Positions 53,077 to 64,000 of a stretch of DNA of 64,000 nucleotides are shown here, piece by piece (positions within the stretch are counted from its first letter, which is position 1; every line of letters begins with the position of its first letter). The translations under genes and the position numbers were made by a program. The notes under the pieces are model-generated. The model saw only the letters and a program-made list of their open reading frames with translations, searched no databases and had not been told where the DNA came from. Origin of the DNA: Callorhinchus milii (Eukaryota); contig NW_024704743.1 in assembly GCF_018977255.1 (NCBI RefSeq), positions 42,844,001 to 42,908,000 on the forward strand, given 5' to 3'.

Positions 53077-53134
53077 GATCAGGTATGAGGCTCATGATTA
53101 ACAATGGAAAACTGTGATCTCTGATCTAGGTGTC

Positions 53135-53530
53135 TGCCTGGTTCAGCTGTAGCACTCTCTTTCTCTCTCTTAAATTTGAAACAGAAGGTTCTGGCTTGAA
53201 ACTCCACCCTCTTTGAAACTATGAGACTTTGAGCTCATAGTCAATGCATGCTGCGGGTGTGCTGCATTGTCAGTGGTGCCATCCCTTGGATGAGTGTTAA
53301 ACGACTGCCTGTTCAGGTGAACGTTAAAGATCCCACTTTCTATCGAAAATAGAAGGGAAAAACAACCCCCCATATAAATTTGGCCACTCACGTCATGGCT
53401 GTTTGTGGAACATTGCTGTATGCAAATTGGTTGCCGCCTTCACCTACATAATACTCAGTCACCACACCACACTAAATCCTATGATACATTTCAACCTTGT
53501 GATAAAGCAATACCAAATGCAGGGATTGTT
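53135..53530 (+). mobile_element. Older Deu-type (SacSINE1-like) SINE
   Basis: gctgcattgtcagtggtgccatcc...ctgcctgttcaggtgaacgttaaagatccc followed by the Deu block. Confidence 0.7.
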
Positions 53531-55384
53531 AGGATCGTTGGCTTATATTTCTATTTGTTCTAGGATTGGAACTGGATTTTATCTTTCTATAGGGTGAAAA
53601 ATATTAGTGTGATATTATAACCAGTGATATTTTGCTTTGAACTTTCATCTATTCAACACAAACTAGAGGTTAATCACAGCTATGTGTAATTCATCCATAT
53701 CATTCCAAGAAAGAAAGCCTAACTAATCAGTTAGTTGATCTCTTCCGGGTTAGCAGCACAAGTCCTACAGTTGACGTCAGCACTCCTGAGCTGGAAAGGG
53801 GACAAATCTTATGAAAGTTTCCACTCCTCATTTCTAACCAGCGACCCCAGCTGGAAAATGTGTGGACATCAGGTGAGAAGACCCCTCACCCCAGTTTTCC
53901 CCTGTCCCAGGTCCCCCGCCTTCCTATATCTCCCGCCTCCTACTGTCAAATGGACTGTGAATACTCTTTCACACTCAAAGTCTAGGGTCACAGTTAAATT
54001 TAACTAATTTGGTGAGTTGCCAGAGAGCAACTGATGCTTTTGAATTCCAGCATTGAATCGGGAAATTCAGGAGAGGAGGTGGAGGGGGAGAAGAAACAAA
54101 CTAGGTGAGGTAGAATATAATGGAACCTTTAGAATGATAAATCTAATTGTATCTGCCTCTATGTGTAAAAATAGTAAGGTTTCACTTTGGAAATCCATCA
54201 TGGAATGATGTTTCTTTTATGTTTAAAAATGGTTTGGATTGTGAAAGATTCCTAATGCTTCGGAAATGCTGCCAGAAGCATTCTGCATGTTTCTTAAAAC
54301 TAAAAGCGCAGGATGTCTTAATGCTAATCTAGTTACGTTCTGTATCTTTGCATAATCTTATAATCTTCATGTTGTGCCTCTTTATAAATCCACTTCTTGT
54401 GACTGAAAGAATGTTCTTTCAAAATGGTAGAACGGCTTATGTGTAGATCAGCAATTCTGTGGGAATGTTAAGATCCTCTGATTCCCAACTATTGGTCTCT
54501 AACATTCCAAACTCCTGAAAAGCCTAAAGCACGCTTCTGAACACAGTCTCTGGTTTAAGTTTGTAGCTTTGTTCAGGATATCCTTGGTTCAATTTAAAAA
54601 GCTCAAATTCTCAAGTCGAAACCTTAAAAATAACAACTGTTTATTATTTACTTTTATCTTTTCACAGGCCCTAGGACAGTAGTGACCAACCTTTTTTGGT
54701 CGGCCACCAAATGCATTTTTTCTTTATTGAATTTTTATTAATTTATGGATATCGCAGCTGGGTAGCTACTGGGAACAAGGTATTGACTTTGCGTGGACGT
54801 GGCTCCACTGGTGTGGGTGTTGGGTGGGACAGAAGTGTCCCAATGAATACCCACACTAGTCCAGGCAAGTCCACGTGTGATCGACAACCTGCAGAAGTAG
54901 ATTGCATCAAGTGTGGAATTCCTTTGGGCTGCCGTGATATATTTCCAGCTATTGGAAGGAATCCCCAATTTTGCAATTGAGAATGCCATTAAGAAACTCT
55001 AGATTCCAGTGTGTTCTGTTAGAAACTTCACCAGTGCCATCATTTCTTCACACCGGTGCACTTCACTGAGAATCCCTGCAAATTAACAATTGTTTTAGTG
55101 CCATAATCAAATGCCCCCCACCCGGCTTTACCCCCTGTCGTGACTGGCAAAAGCTCTGTGCAGTATCTAGCAGTGTCAGCCTTTAAAAGATTTAACAGGG
55201 CAGCCTTTCGTGCCTTTCATCAGTTTCAACAGTTTGTCCATGGGGTCACCTGATGTCAAACAAACTTCTTCATTAATCTATAAGTCTGTGCTCTGATCGT
55301 TGACAGGGAGGAGTGTGTTCGCTCTTCGAGTGTCATTGATGTTTCTTGCCTCTAGCAAATGTCCCAGCCAGCCTACGTATGAAT

Positions 55385-56112
55385 CAAAATGCTGATCTAA
55401 CTACTATAGTCATATTCTGAAATGTTTTCATTCTGCACTGTCATTCTTGTGTCCTATTCAAAAGACCAGCTCCTACAGAACACCACTGTGAGATGAAAAA
55501 TGCAATGTTTCATAACAGATTTGATAATTACCAAATGCTTTATGGAATTGATCGTGAAACACAACGTTTTTCAATCGATTCCTAAATACTGGCTTTGAGT
55601 GTGAATCCATAAATTTAACACAATGGTTGGCTCTGAAGTCCATTCCAAAATATTATCATCATCTTTTTGGATACTCGTGTGTAGACTGGACTCTTCTACC
55701 TGACCCCCGAGCCAACCTTTTAGTGTCCACTTCTCACTGGATGCAGATCAAGTTAAGCCAGTATCCCATGAAGCTGCACTGGAAAATCACCATCAGTGAT
55801 TCAAAATAGCTGAAGAAAATAATAAATAAAATAAAAAGTAATTCTTGCATTTGATAAAGTGCCTTATAGTTTCACTGGATTTATTATAGGTGAAATGTTT
55901 TAAGTTTTAAGGTGAGATCTTGATGCTCAACCACTGTGTCATAGTCAGATTGGGGGTGAATAGGTGTTTAGACCCAGTGCCAGTCTTTAGAAATATATTG
56001 AAAAAAGCGATGTTTCATAACACATTCAATAACACATTCAATAGATTTTCAATCTGTTTTAAAACATTGCATTTTTCATCCCTTTAGAATCCACCATTGG
56101 ATTAGCATTTTC
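55385..56112. mobile_element. Degenerate long inverted repeat (MITE/foldback-like)
   Basis: Four ordered complementary blocks between about 55385-55630 and 55926-56112. Confidence 0.6.
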
Positions 56113-57549
56113 TGGGGAGAGGGGTGGAGGCATTAAACAACAATCTGACATGAACAACTGAGATGGTCTGAGCTTATAAAGAGTCCAGATTTTGTTTCAT
56201 TTGTTTTTAATTCAGTCTCTCGATTATTACACTGCAAGCATTGGCTGCTTCCCAAGAAGGTTGCAAACAGCTATAAGGAAACTCGATATCCTCTTCACTG
56301 CAAACCCGTCACTCAGAATTTCTTTCAAAGTATTAAATCTCCTCTTAACAAATTCAGGTTAAAGCTCTGTGTCACTTCAGTTTGAGTCAAATAGCAAGTG
56401 CACTGTTTATTTTTGTCTGTGTCTATTGGCCATCAACTCCTCTTCATCCCATCCTCAAACCATTCCAGTTCAGGAACTACCCTCAGTCTTGTCTGCACTG
56501 CATAAAAAAAATGCCAAATACATTCCAAATATACAGGAGTGTGTGCCAGGACTGTACCATACTCACTTACCATAAATGGTAATAACCAAGACCCTGTCCA
56601 GGTTTTTCCCACCAGTTTCTTTTTCAGATGATTGCTCACGATCTTGACAAATAATAATAATCATCTTGCATTTGATATAATGCCTTATCGTGTAATTAAT
56701 AATAATGAATTAAAATGAATTTATAATAATGAATTTAAATAATAATTAAAATTGTAATGTTGTGGTAAATTCCAGTTATTGGAGTGCCTTTTAGCTTTGT
56801 TTTTTCCAGCCATGACCTGGTAAACAATTACAAAACCCACACTCTCTCCCGCTCCCAAAATAAGTTTTTATTGATCCGACCCGAGACCTGGGACCCAGGT
56901 CAACACAATTATAAACAAATGGAAAGACAGGATTTACAAAGGACACAGGTTACGATCATTGCTAATTTAGAGATCAGCACATGTAGTATGATAACCAAAT
57001 AAATATTCTATTGGTTAGCAGTTGTCTTGTCAAAGTCATCAGAGATGATAATAATACTTACGTTTGGTGTTGTGCCTTTAACATTGGCAGGATGTCCCAA
57101 GGCGTGTACTGTACTAACTCAGAAAGATAATAATAATAATCATTACATCGTCAAGACATCTCAAAGCGTATCACAGGATACATGATAAAGTGGTTTGACT
57201 GTGTATATTTTGTGGGCAAGAACGGGAGCCAATTTTGTGCACAGCATTGTTCCACAAACAACCATGGAGTGAGTGACCAATTTTAGATTTGAGTCAAACC
57301 CTGGTGTGTTTTAATGAAGGTGGTTTTGGTGTGTGTTCAGTTACTTTACAAAAGTATAATCCAAATAACATTGTTTTAGAACTGCTTGAAGAATAGTAAT
57401 GGTTTTCACACACTGACCTTCCCTCCCCCCACCCTATTTGCCTTCAATAAAGGTTTTGCCATGTTGAAATTATTTTGTAGAGCCACAGTATTAATGATCC
57501 TTGCATTTGATATAGCACTTGTGATATCAAAACGTCTCAATATGAGAAA

Positions 57550-57950
57550 ATGAGAGACCAGGGTTTGATTCCCGGCAAGGCGAAATGTTGGGCAAGTTTC
57601 CTTACCCCACATGCCTTTTTTTACCTAGCAGTAAGTAGGAACCCGGTCATCAGTCGATTGGCGGATCGCTTTCCGGGGATAATAATTCCTTCAAAACAAA
57701 TAATAATAATAATGAATTGGTCACTCAATCCACGACTATTTGTGGGTCACTGCACAGCAAAATGCACATGTACACACACTGCACAAATGCTCTAAAGCGC
57801 CCTGAGATGCCGTCCAGCATGGCGGGCTCTATATGAATCCAAGTTGTTGTTGTGCGCAAATGGCTACCGTGTTTCACCAACAAAATACACAGTCAAATTC
57901 ACTTTGTATTGAGTGAAGCGCTTTGAGACGTCTCCAAGATGCGATAAAGC
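57550..57950 (+). mobile_element. tRNA-Ala/Deu SINE interrupted by an L2 tail (about 57793-57853)
   Basis: Partial head and central block; the Deu block resumes after (TTG)n. Confidence 0.8.
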
Positions 57951-57960
57951 GCTCTATCAT

Positions 57961-58295
57961 GGAGTCCTGTAGCTCAGTGGTTAGAGCACTCGCCTTGCAA
58001 GCGAGACACCTGGGATCAATTCCAGGCAGGGCGAAACCTTGGGCAAGTTTGAGCAAGTTTCCTTACTCCACACGCCTAATAATAATCCCTCCAAAAAACA
58101 AAATAATACTTCAATCTACGACTGTTTGTGGGACACTGCTGTGCGCAACTGGCTGCCGCGTTTCGCCCACAAATATACAGTCGATTCACTTTACAGCATA
58201 TTCTGTGAAGCGCTTTGAGACGTCTAGAAGACATGAAAAGCGTTATATCAAATGCAAGGATTGTTATTATTATCAAATGCAATTATTATTATTAT
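57961..58295 (+). mobile_element. Near full-length tRNA-Ala(TGC)-derived Deu SINE
   Basis: Cloverleaf head with CTCGC-CTTGCAA-GCGAG anticodon arm, A and B boxes, Deu block, L2-like tail with (TTA)n. Confidence 0.9.
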
Positions 58296-58625
58296 TTATC
58301 ATCTGTATAAAATGCTCTGAGATGTCCTCCAAACTTTAAAGGTGCTATATAAATGTAAATTGTATGGCACAAGCAATACACGGCAAGACATGCCTGTAAA
58401 TTACACTCTAATTGCAGGAGGTTGTTGAAAGAAACGAGTCTCAGGAGAAATGTTCTGGAACATACTAAATGTTATTTATAATGTTTTTTAAAATGTATAT
58501 TTAACAAGTATGTAATTTATTTGTAGTGATTCATAATGGTTGTAGACTATCTAGTAAAAAAATGGTTATGATGCTCACAGGAGCTAACTCTAGTTTGAGT
58601 CTGTGTTCTCTGGTGTTTTATTTGT

Positions 58626-58985
58626 GGAGTCCTGTAGCTTAGTGGTTAAAACACTCACCTCAGAGGCAAGAGGACCTGAGCACAATTTCCGGGCAGGGCA
58701 AAACTTTAGGCAAATTTTCTTGCTCCACGTGCCTCGAGTGAAGGGATTATTACGCACTTTTCCGCGCGTAATAATCCCTTCAAAAAATATATATCAATAA
58801 TAAATAATGATTTGGTCAATCCGTCCATGACTGTTTGTGTGACATTGCTGTGCGCAATTGGCTGCCGCGTTTTGCTCACAAATATATAGTCAATTCACTT
58901 TACAGTATATTCTGTGAAGTGCTTTGAGACGTCTCGAATATGTGATAAGGCGCTATATCAAATGCAAGGATGATTATTATTATTA
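58626..58985 (+). mobile_element. Near full-length tRNA-Ala/Deu SINE
   Basis: Head ggagtcctgtagcttagtggtt through to the tail. Confidence 0.88.
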
Positions 58986-59384
58986 ATATAATAATACAGC
59001 AAGGTACAGCAGGGTTCAGTCTTGATAAATTTCCCAGAAATCTACAGTCAGTACATTTCGCAGTGGAAGCCTGTGAAGCGCTTCAAGACAGTTCGATGAT
59101 GTGATAAATAAAAGGATAATTCTATACAGTACTTCAGGTATGTATTCACCCTATCTAGTTTGTGCTTTATTCAGAACCTCCTCATGTTCCTGCCATGCCC
59201 CCAAGACCGTGGGTGAGGCTGTGCTCACAGGTGAATCAGTCCAATGAGCAGTAACATAAATTAGATCACATTACACTACGCACAGTTCTTCCCATTTCTC
59301 CAAGTCTTATTTCATAAGAACATACAACAAGCTAACACAGAGCTGAACTCTGCCTCTGCCATGCAAACAACACCCATAATTGAA

Positions 59385-59565
59385 ATTATTATTAATAATA
59401 ATCCATGCATTTGAAATAACACTTTATCACATCATCGAGACATCTCAAAGTGCTTTACAGAATATCCTGTAAAATGAATTGACTGTATATTTTGTGGGTG
59501 AAACGCTGTAACCAATTGCGCACAGTAGTGTACCACAAACAGTCGTGGATTGAGTGACTAAATAT
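59385..59565 (-). mobile_element. SINE 3' part about 100 bp upstream of exon 7
   Basis: Reverse tail and Deu block. Confidence 0.8.
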
Positions 59566-59662
59566 TAAAATATGAAAAGTTTTTGGGGTTCCAGTAGACG
59601 TTGGAAATGGTGTGGATTCCTAAAAGTGACTTTGTTTGCACCCTTTTTATTCTCTTTGCAAG

Positions 59663-59799
59663 ATATTCAATTGACCGGGCCTCCGATCCTGCAAGATTCT
59701 TTTACATTGATATAGCATCGGGAGCTTTAATGACTGCAAAATCACTGGATCGAGAAGAGCTGTCCTGGCACAACATCACAGTCCTAGCAATGGAAATGA
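59663..59799 (+). CDS. CDH20: Cadherin coding exon 7 (EC4: YSIDRASDPARFFYIDIASGALMTAKSLDREELSWHNITVLAMEM)
   Basis: Acceptor tctttgcaag|A, donor ATGA|gtgagt, 137 bp. Confidence 0.95.
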
Positions 59800-60984
59800 G
59801 TGAGTACGGGGAGACTTCTCAGCACTCAATTAAAAAATTACATAGCTCTCTTGTGTTGAAACTTTGCTTCAATTCAATTCGATCAGTCAAATAGAAGTGA
59901 CAGAGCGGAAAATATGTACTTTGCGTGTGTGTCGGGGTGGGGGTGGGGTGCGCGGTAAAGTGTGGGAGAAAGGAGGCTGCATTTTCAAAGAGATTTCAGA
60001 TTGGCAGCAGATTTTTAAAAAAAAATCATCTGCAACATTTTTTGGTGCATCATTAATGGTTCATCATGAAGACAGTGTTTGTCAATTCACTTCTCACACC
60101 TGTCAAAGGCTTCACTCCCGCCTTTTTGGAAGGAGAAAAGAACTTGCTTTTCTGGAGCTGCTCAATTATTCAGATGTTCAGAATTTAAGATTAAAAAAAA
60201 CTTTTAGAGCAGATGAGAATATGTGATTATCTTGCTTTTCTTTAAACGTTGCAGTACTCTGGTGGAAAGTGCAACATTTCATGACAGATCTACGTTAATT
60301 AGCCCCTTGTTGGAGATGATGAGCAGTTGAATGCTAAACCAGCAGGATAAAGGCTGTAAAAGCAATAGAAAAAAGCACCCACTATGTAAAGTTTGTCCTG
60401 TAGGAGACGGTAACTACATCACACTGACCTGCAAGAACATATGTGCCCTTTTCTGAGATTTCTCTGAGCTGAGAGCCCGGGGGTTATACACACGATTCCT
60501 TGCTAAATACACAATTTATCTCTCAAGGCGTTGCTTTTGTTGGTTGGTACCACACTATACTAAGGTTTTCCCATTCAAACCCTTTTTCAGTCCCTGTTTC
60601 TGCAAATTTTCTGGAATTATTTTTAAAAAGCCTATGAAGAAAGCCCATGGTCTGCCTATAAAAACAGCAGTTCCCTCCCTTCCTGCACTTCTGTTCAACT
60701 CTCAAGTGGCAAACAATTGTTTGTATATCTCTGCACCTCTCTTGGATCATACTAAGGAGAAGTTCTTAGGCATGATTTGCAAACTGCTTGCCATCAGATA
60801 AAGGTTATTTAAAGGGACTTTGGGATCTATTATGTGCCATGTGTAAACTAGTTGTAAGCACATGTTAACAGATGGCATTTCCTTAACTGTAAATAACAAT
60901 TAGTAATCATTAGTAATGGTTTACGTATGGTGCATAATAGACCCCATGGTGTCCGGTTTGTCTTTCCTCTGCTATCCATGATGT

Positions 60985-61435
60985 AATCATAGAATCATAG
61001 AATTATACAGCACAGAGGGAGGCCATTTTGCCCATCGTGCCTGTGCCGGCTCTTTGAAAAGAGCTATCCAAATCAATCCCACTGCCCCACTCTCTTTCCA
61101 TAGCCCTGCAAAAGTGTTCTCCCCAAATATCTATCTACTTCTCTTTTGAAAGTTGTTATCGAATCGGCTTCCACCACCCTTTCAGGCTATTAATTTCAGA
61201 TCCGAATAACTCGCTGTGTAAAAAAATTTCTCCTCACCTCACCTCTGTTTCTTTTAACAACTATTTTAAATCAGTGTCCTCAGGTTACCGACCCACCCGC
61301 CAGTGGGAATATTTTCCTTGTTCACCCTACCGAATCCCCTCATAATTTTGAAAACCTATTAAATCTCCTCTTAACCTTCTCTGCTCCAAGGAGAATAATC
61401 CTAGCTTCTCTAGCCTCTCCTCATAACTGAAGTCA
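60985..61435 (-). mobile_element. CR1 LINE 3' end
   Basis: atcatagaatcatagaa tandem tail, ggaggccattttgcccatc, cctcttaaccttctctgctccaaggagaa. Confidence 0.85.
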
Positions 61436-61639
61436 GATAACTAATGATTGATGTATGCTAATTGGTCCTATTCCTGATCTGAGGACTGCTTAGATGAACC
61501 CAGCAAGGGGCTTCAGTGACAGACAACCCTGAGATTCAAATTTCCTACGTCTGATCAACAGGCAGGTCACCCACTTGAATGGCAGAGTTTCAGAGGCGAG
61601 CATGGCAAGTCTGACTGGTATATATTCCACCAGCAAACA

Positions 61640-62807
61640 ATACACTGCTGTCTTCGATACCGTTGACCACTCTATTCTCCTCCACTGCCTCTCCTCTCAC
61701 CTCAACTTTAATGGCTCTGTGCTTGAATGGTTCAGATCCTCCCTCTCACATCAAATGGTTTCCCCTCTAGCCCCCTGTGTGGGGTTTCTCAGGGCTCTGT
61801 CCTTGGTTCCACCCCTTTTCACTATCTATATGTTCCCTCTTGGTGACATCATCTGCAGACATGGGGTCAACTTCCACATGTATGCGGATGACACCCAACC
61901 CTCCCTCTCTCTCTGCCTCCACCCTTGACTCCAGGACCACTGCTGTCCTGACAGAATTTCTGTCAGTTATCAAGTCCTGGACGAGAGCTAAGTTTCTTCA
62001 GTTGAACGTCAGCAAGACCGAGGCTCTCCTGATTGGCTCCCGTCAGTGCTTCCTCACCATCCAAGGATGCACATTCCACTTTACTAAGCCAGTCCAGAAC
62101 TTTGGCATCTTGTTTAACCCTCAACTACCCTTTCTACCCTTCACCTGTGCCATGACCTGCCCTGCCTTCTCCAACCTCCGCAACATCTCCCGGCTCTGCC
62201 TTTGTCTCACACCACAGGCCGCCGAAATCCTCAAACACGCATTCATAACATCCAGGCTTGACTATACAAACTCCCTGCTTGTCGCCCTCCCCGACTCCTC
62301 CCTCCATAGGCTGCAGATCATCCAGAACTCTGCAGCTTGTGTCCTCGCACCAGGCTCCTTGACTCTATCAGCCCCATCTTCACCTTACTCCACAGCTTCC
62401 CATCACTCAGAGGATAAAGTTCAAGATCCTGGTCATCACTGTTAAAGCCCTCCATGGTCTTGCTTCCCCCTACCTTTGCACCTCCTAACCCCCTACCAAC
62501 TGGCCCACTCCCTCTGCTCAGCGGGCTCCAGCCTGCTTCATGTCCCCTATCTCGTTCGCCCCACCATTCGCGGACGGGCCTTCAGCCACTCTGCCCCCAC
62601 CCCCTGGGAATCCATCCCGCAATCCCTCTGCCTTGCCACCTCCCTTGCATTCTTCAAGACGAACCGCAAGACCTTCCATTTCAACCCCCGCCCCCACGAT
62701 CCACCCTCCCCGAAACCGACCCCCAGCTCAGGTCGAAATCACTGACCAGCACCTTGGGATGCCCTCCTGACGTGAAAGGCGCCATACAAATGTAATTTTG
62801 TTGTTGT
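61640..62807 (+). mobile_element. 5'-truncated LINE2 with RT fragment
   Basis: AVFDTVDH, YADDTQ, LNVSKTEA and SRLDYTNSLL motifs, plus the tail. Confidence 0.92.
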
Positions 62808-63167
62808 ACACTCAGAATGATGAATAGTCACAATGTCTGCTTGCAAACATCATTCTTGTGCATTATCAATACTACGTTTATTCTCCCTGCACTTGGGTAT
62901 AAAACCAATATAGGACCCATGGTGTGTGACTCTCAGCTGCCCATTGCTTTAGAAGAGGCTGCACATGAGAATTAAATACACTACCAGTTGTATTCTGAAT
63001 TTACCATGGGAACAGTCTCCAGTTTAACTTTTTTTGAAAGGTTTGTTTAGCAAAGCCAGCTTGGCATTCAACCTCCATGCACCGGAGAACTTGGAACAAT
63101 GCAGAAATTGCACATATGAGTGGATAAATGATGGGATCAATTTGTAAGAGGCTCATTTCCTTTACAG

Positions 63168-63289
63168 AGAACCCCACGCAAATTGGAAGTGTTTCAGTCA
63201 CCATTAAAGTCCTCGACATCAATGACAATCCTCCAATGTTTGTCAAGGACTCCGAGGCTTATGTCTGTGAAAATGCCAAACCCGGTCAG
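63168..63289 (+). CDS. CDH20: Cadherin coding exon 8 (end of EC4, start of EC5: KNPTQIGSVSVTIKVLDINDNPPMF...VCENAKPGQ); gene continues past the window
   Basis: Acceptor tttacag|AG, donor CAG|gtaaga, 122 bp. The eight exons sum to 1488 nt (496 codons) without stops. Confidence 0.95.
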
Positions 63290-63849
63290 GTAAGAGAAAG
63301 GCTGCTCAATACAGTGGGGGACACAGCTTGGAGCTATTCAAAGCTAATTAACTTCAGGAGAGTGAGTGAACCAGATGTCAGCATTTTCACTACATCTAGC
63401 ACTTTATTTCACTTTAAAAGCCATGTGAGTCTGAGGAACATTGCAGAGTATTTATATGTTTATACATTCCAGGATAAAGTTCTGAATTGGACATATATTT
63501 TTCCCCTAAATATTGTAAAATACCCCTCTCCTTAGTTATTTACAGAGCAGGATATTGTTTTGGGAAGGGATGAGTACAGAGGCATCCAACACTGGCACAG
63601 CTTAATTGGTGACAGTCATAAAAATGATTCACTTCCCCACTATAACCATCTCTAAAACTTGTATGAACACACGCACACACTTTTTCATGCCCACACAATA
63701 TGGAATATTATATATCCAACGCCAGGCAGTGCACCAGACAGATAAATGATATTGTTAGATATGTAAAGATACAGAGAAGGATGGTACATTTAAAAGGTTC
63801 TGATTTTCATACATCACACTCAAGCAATTGTACCCAATCGGTTGCCGGG

Positions 63850-64000
63850 TTTCCTTACTCTACATGCCTTGGTTACCCAGCAATAAGTGGGAACCTGGTT
63901 CTTAGTCGATTGGCGGATTGCTTTCCAGGGGTAATAATCCCTCAAAAAAATATTGGTCATTCAATCTATAGCTGTTTGTGCTACACTGCTGTGCTCAATT
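63850..64000 (+). mobile_element. tRNA-Ala/Deu SINE central part, cut by the window end
   Basis: ttacccagcaataagtgggaacctggtt...gctgtttgtg..ctgctgtgc. Confidence 0.75.

Noticed and set aside
54674..54700. hAT-like terminal motif cagtagtgaccaacctttt (similar single ends near 29200 and 33910)
   Set aside because: No matching opposite TIR or 8-bp TSD could be identified with confidence.
57961..58035. tRNA-Ala(TGC)-like cloverleaf (also on the - strand near 47262-47335)
   Set aside because: It runs directly into a SINE body and tail, has a mutated T-loop and has many diverged copies, so it is a SINE head and not a tRNA gene.

Overview
Repeat-rich vertebrate genomic DNA, most likely from a cartilaginous fish. 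The tRNA-Ala/Deu-domain SINEs and (TTG)n-tailed LINE2s resemble those of holocephalans such as elephant shark; this assignment is inferred. One protein-coding gene is visible: a + strand type II classical cadherin most similar to CDH20. Eight coding exons (37608-63289) have canonical GT-AG junctions and join in frame to 496 aa (signal peptide, short prodomain, EC1-EC4 and the start of EC5); the gene continues beyond the window. The rest is intergenic or intronic DNA with L2 and CR1 LINE fossils, two tRNA-derived SINE families, Harbinger transposase fossils, a Penelope-type palindrome, a palindromic MITE-like relic and an unclassified ~600-bp repeat present three times. The most notable observations are (1) a SINE inserted into a cadherin splice donor, duplicating it as the target-site duplication, (2) a hammerhead-like Penelope palindrome with an 18-bp TSD, (3) the unclassified repeat and (4) a CDH20-like protein with some CDH22-like residues that may be a separate paralogue. 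I found no convincing evidence of a wholly new biological system. Repeat boundaries are approximate and family assignments come from motif recognition, not database searches.
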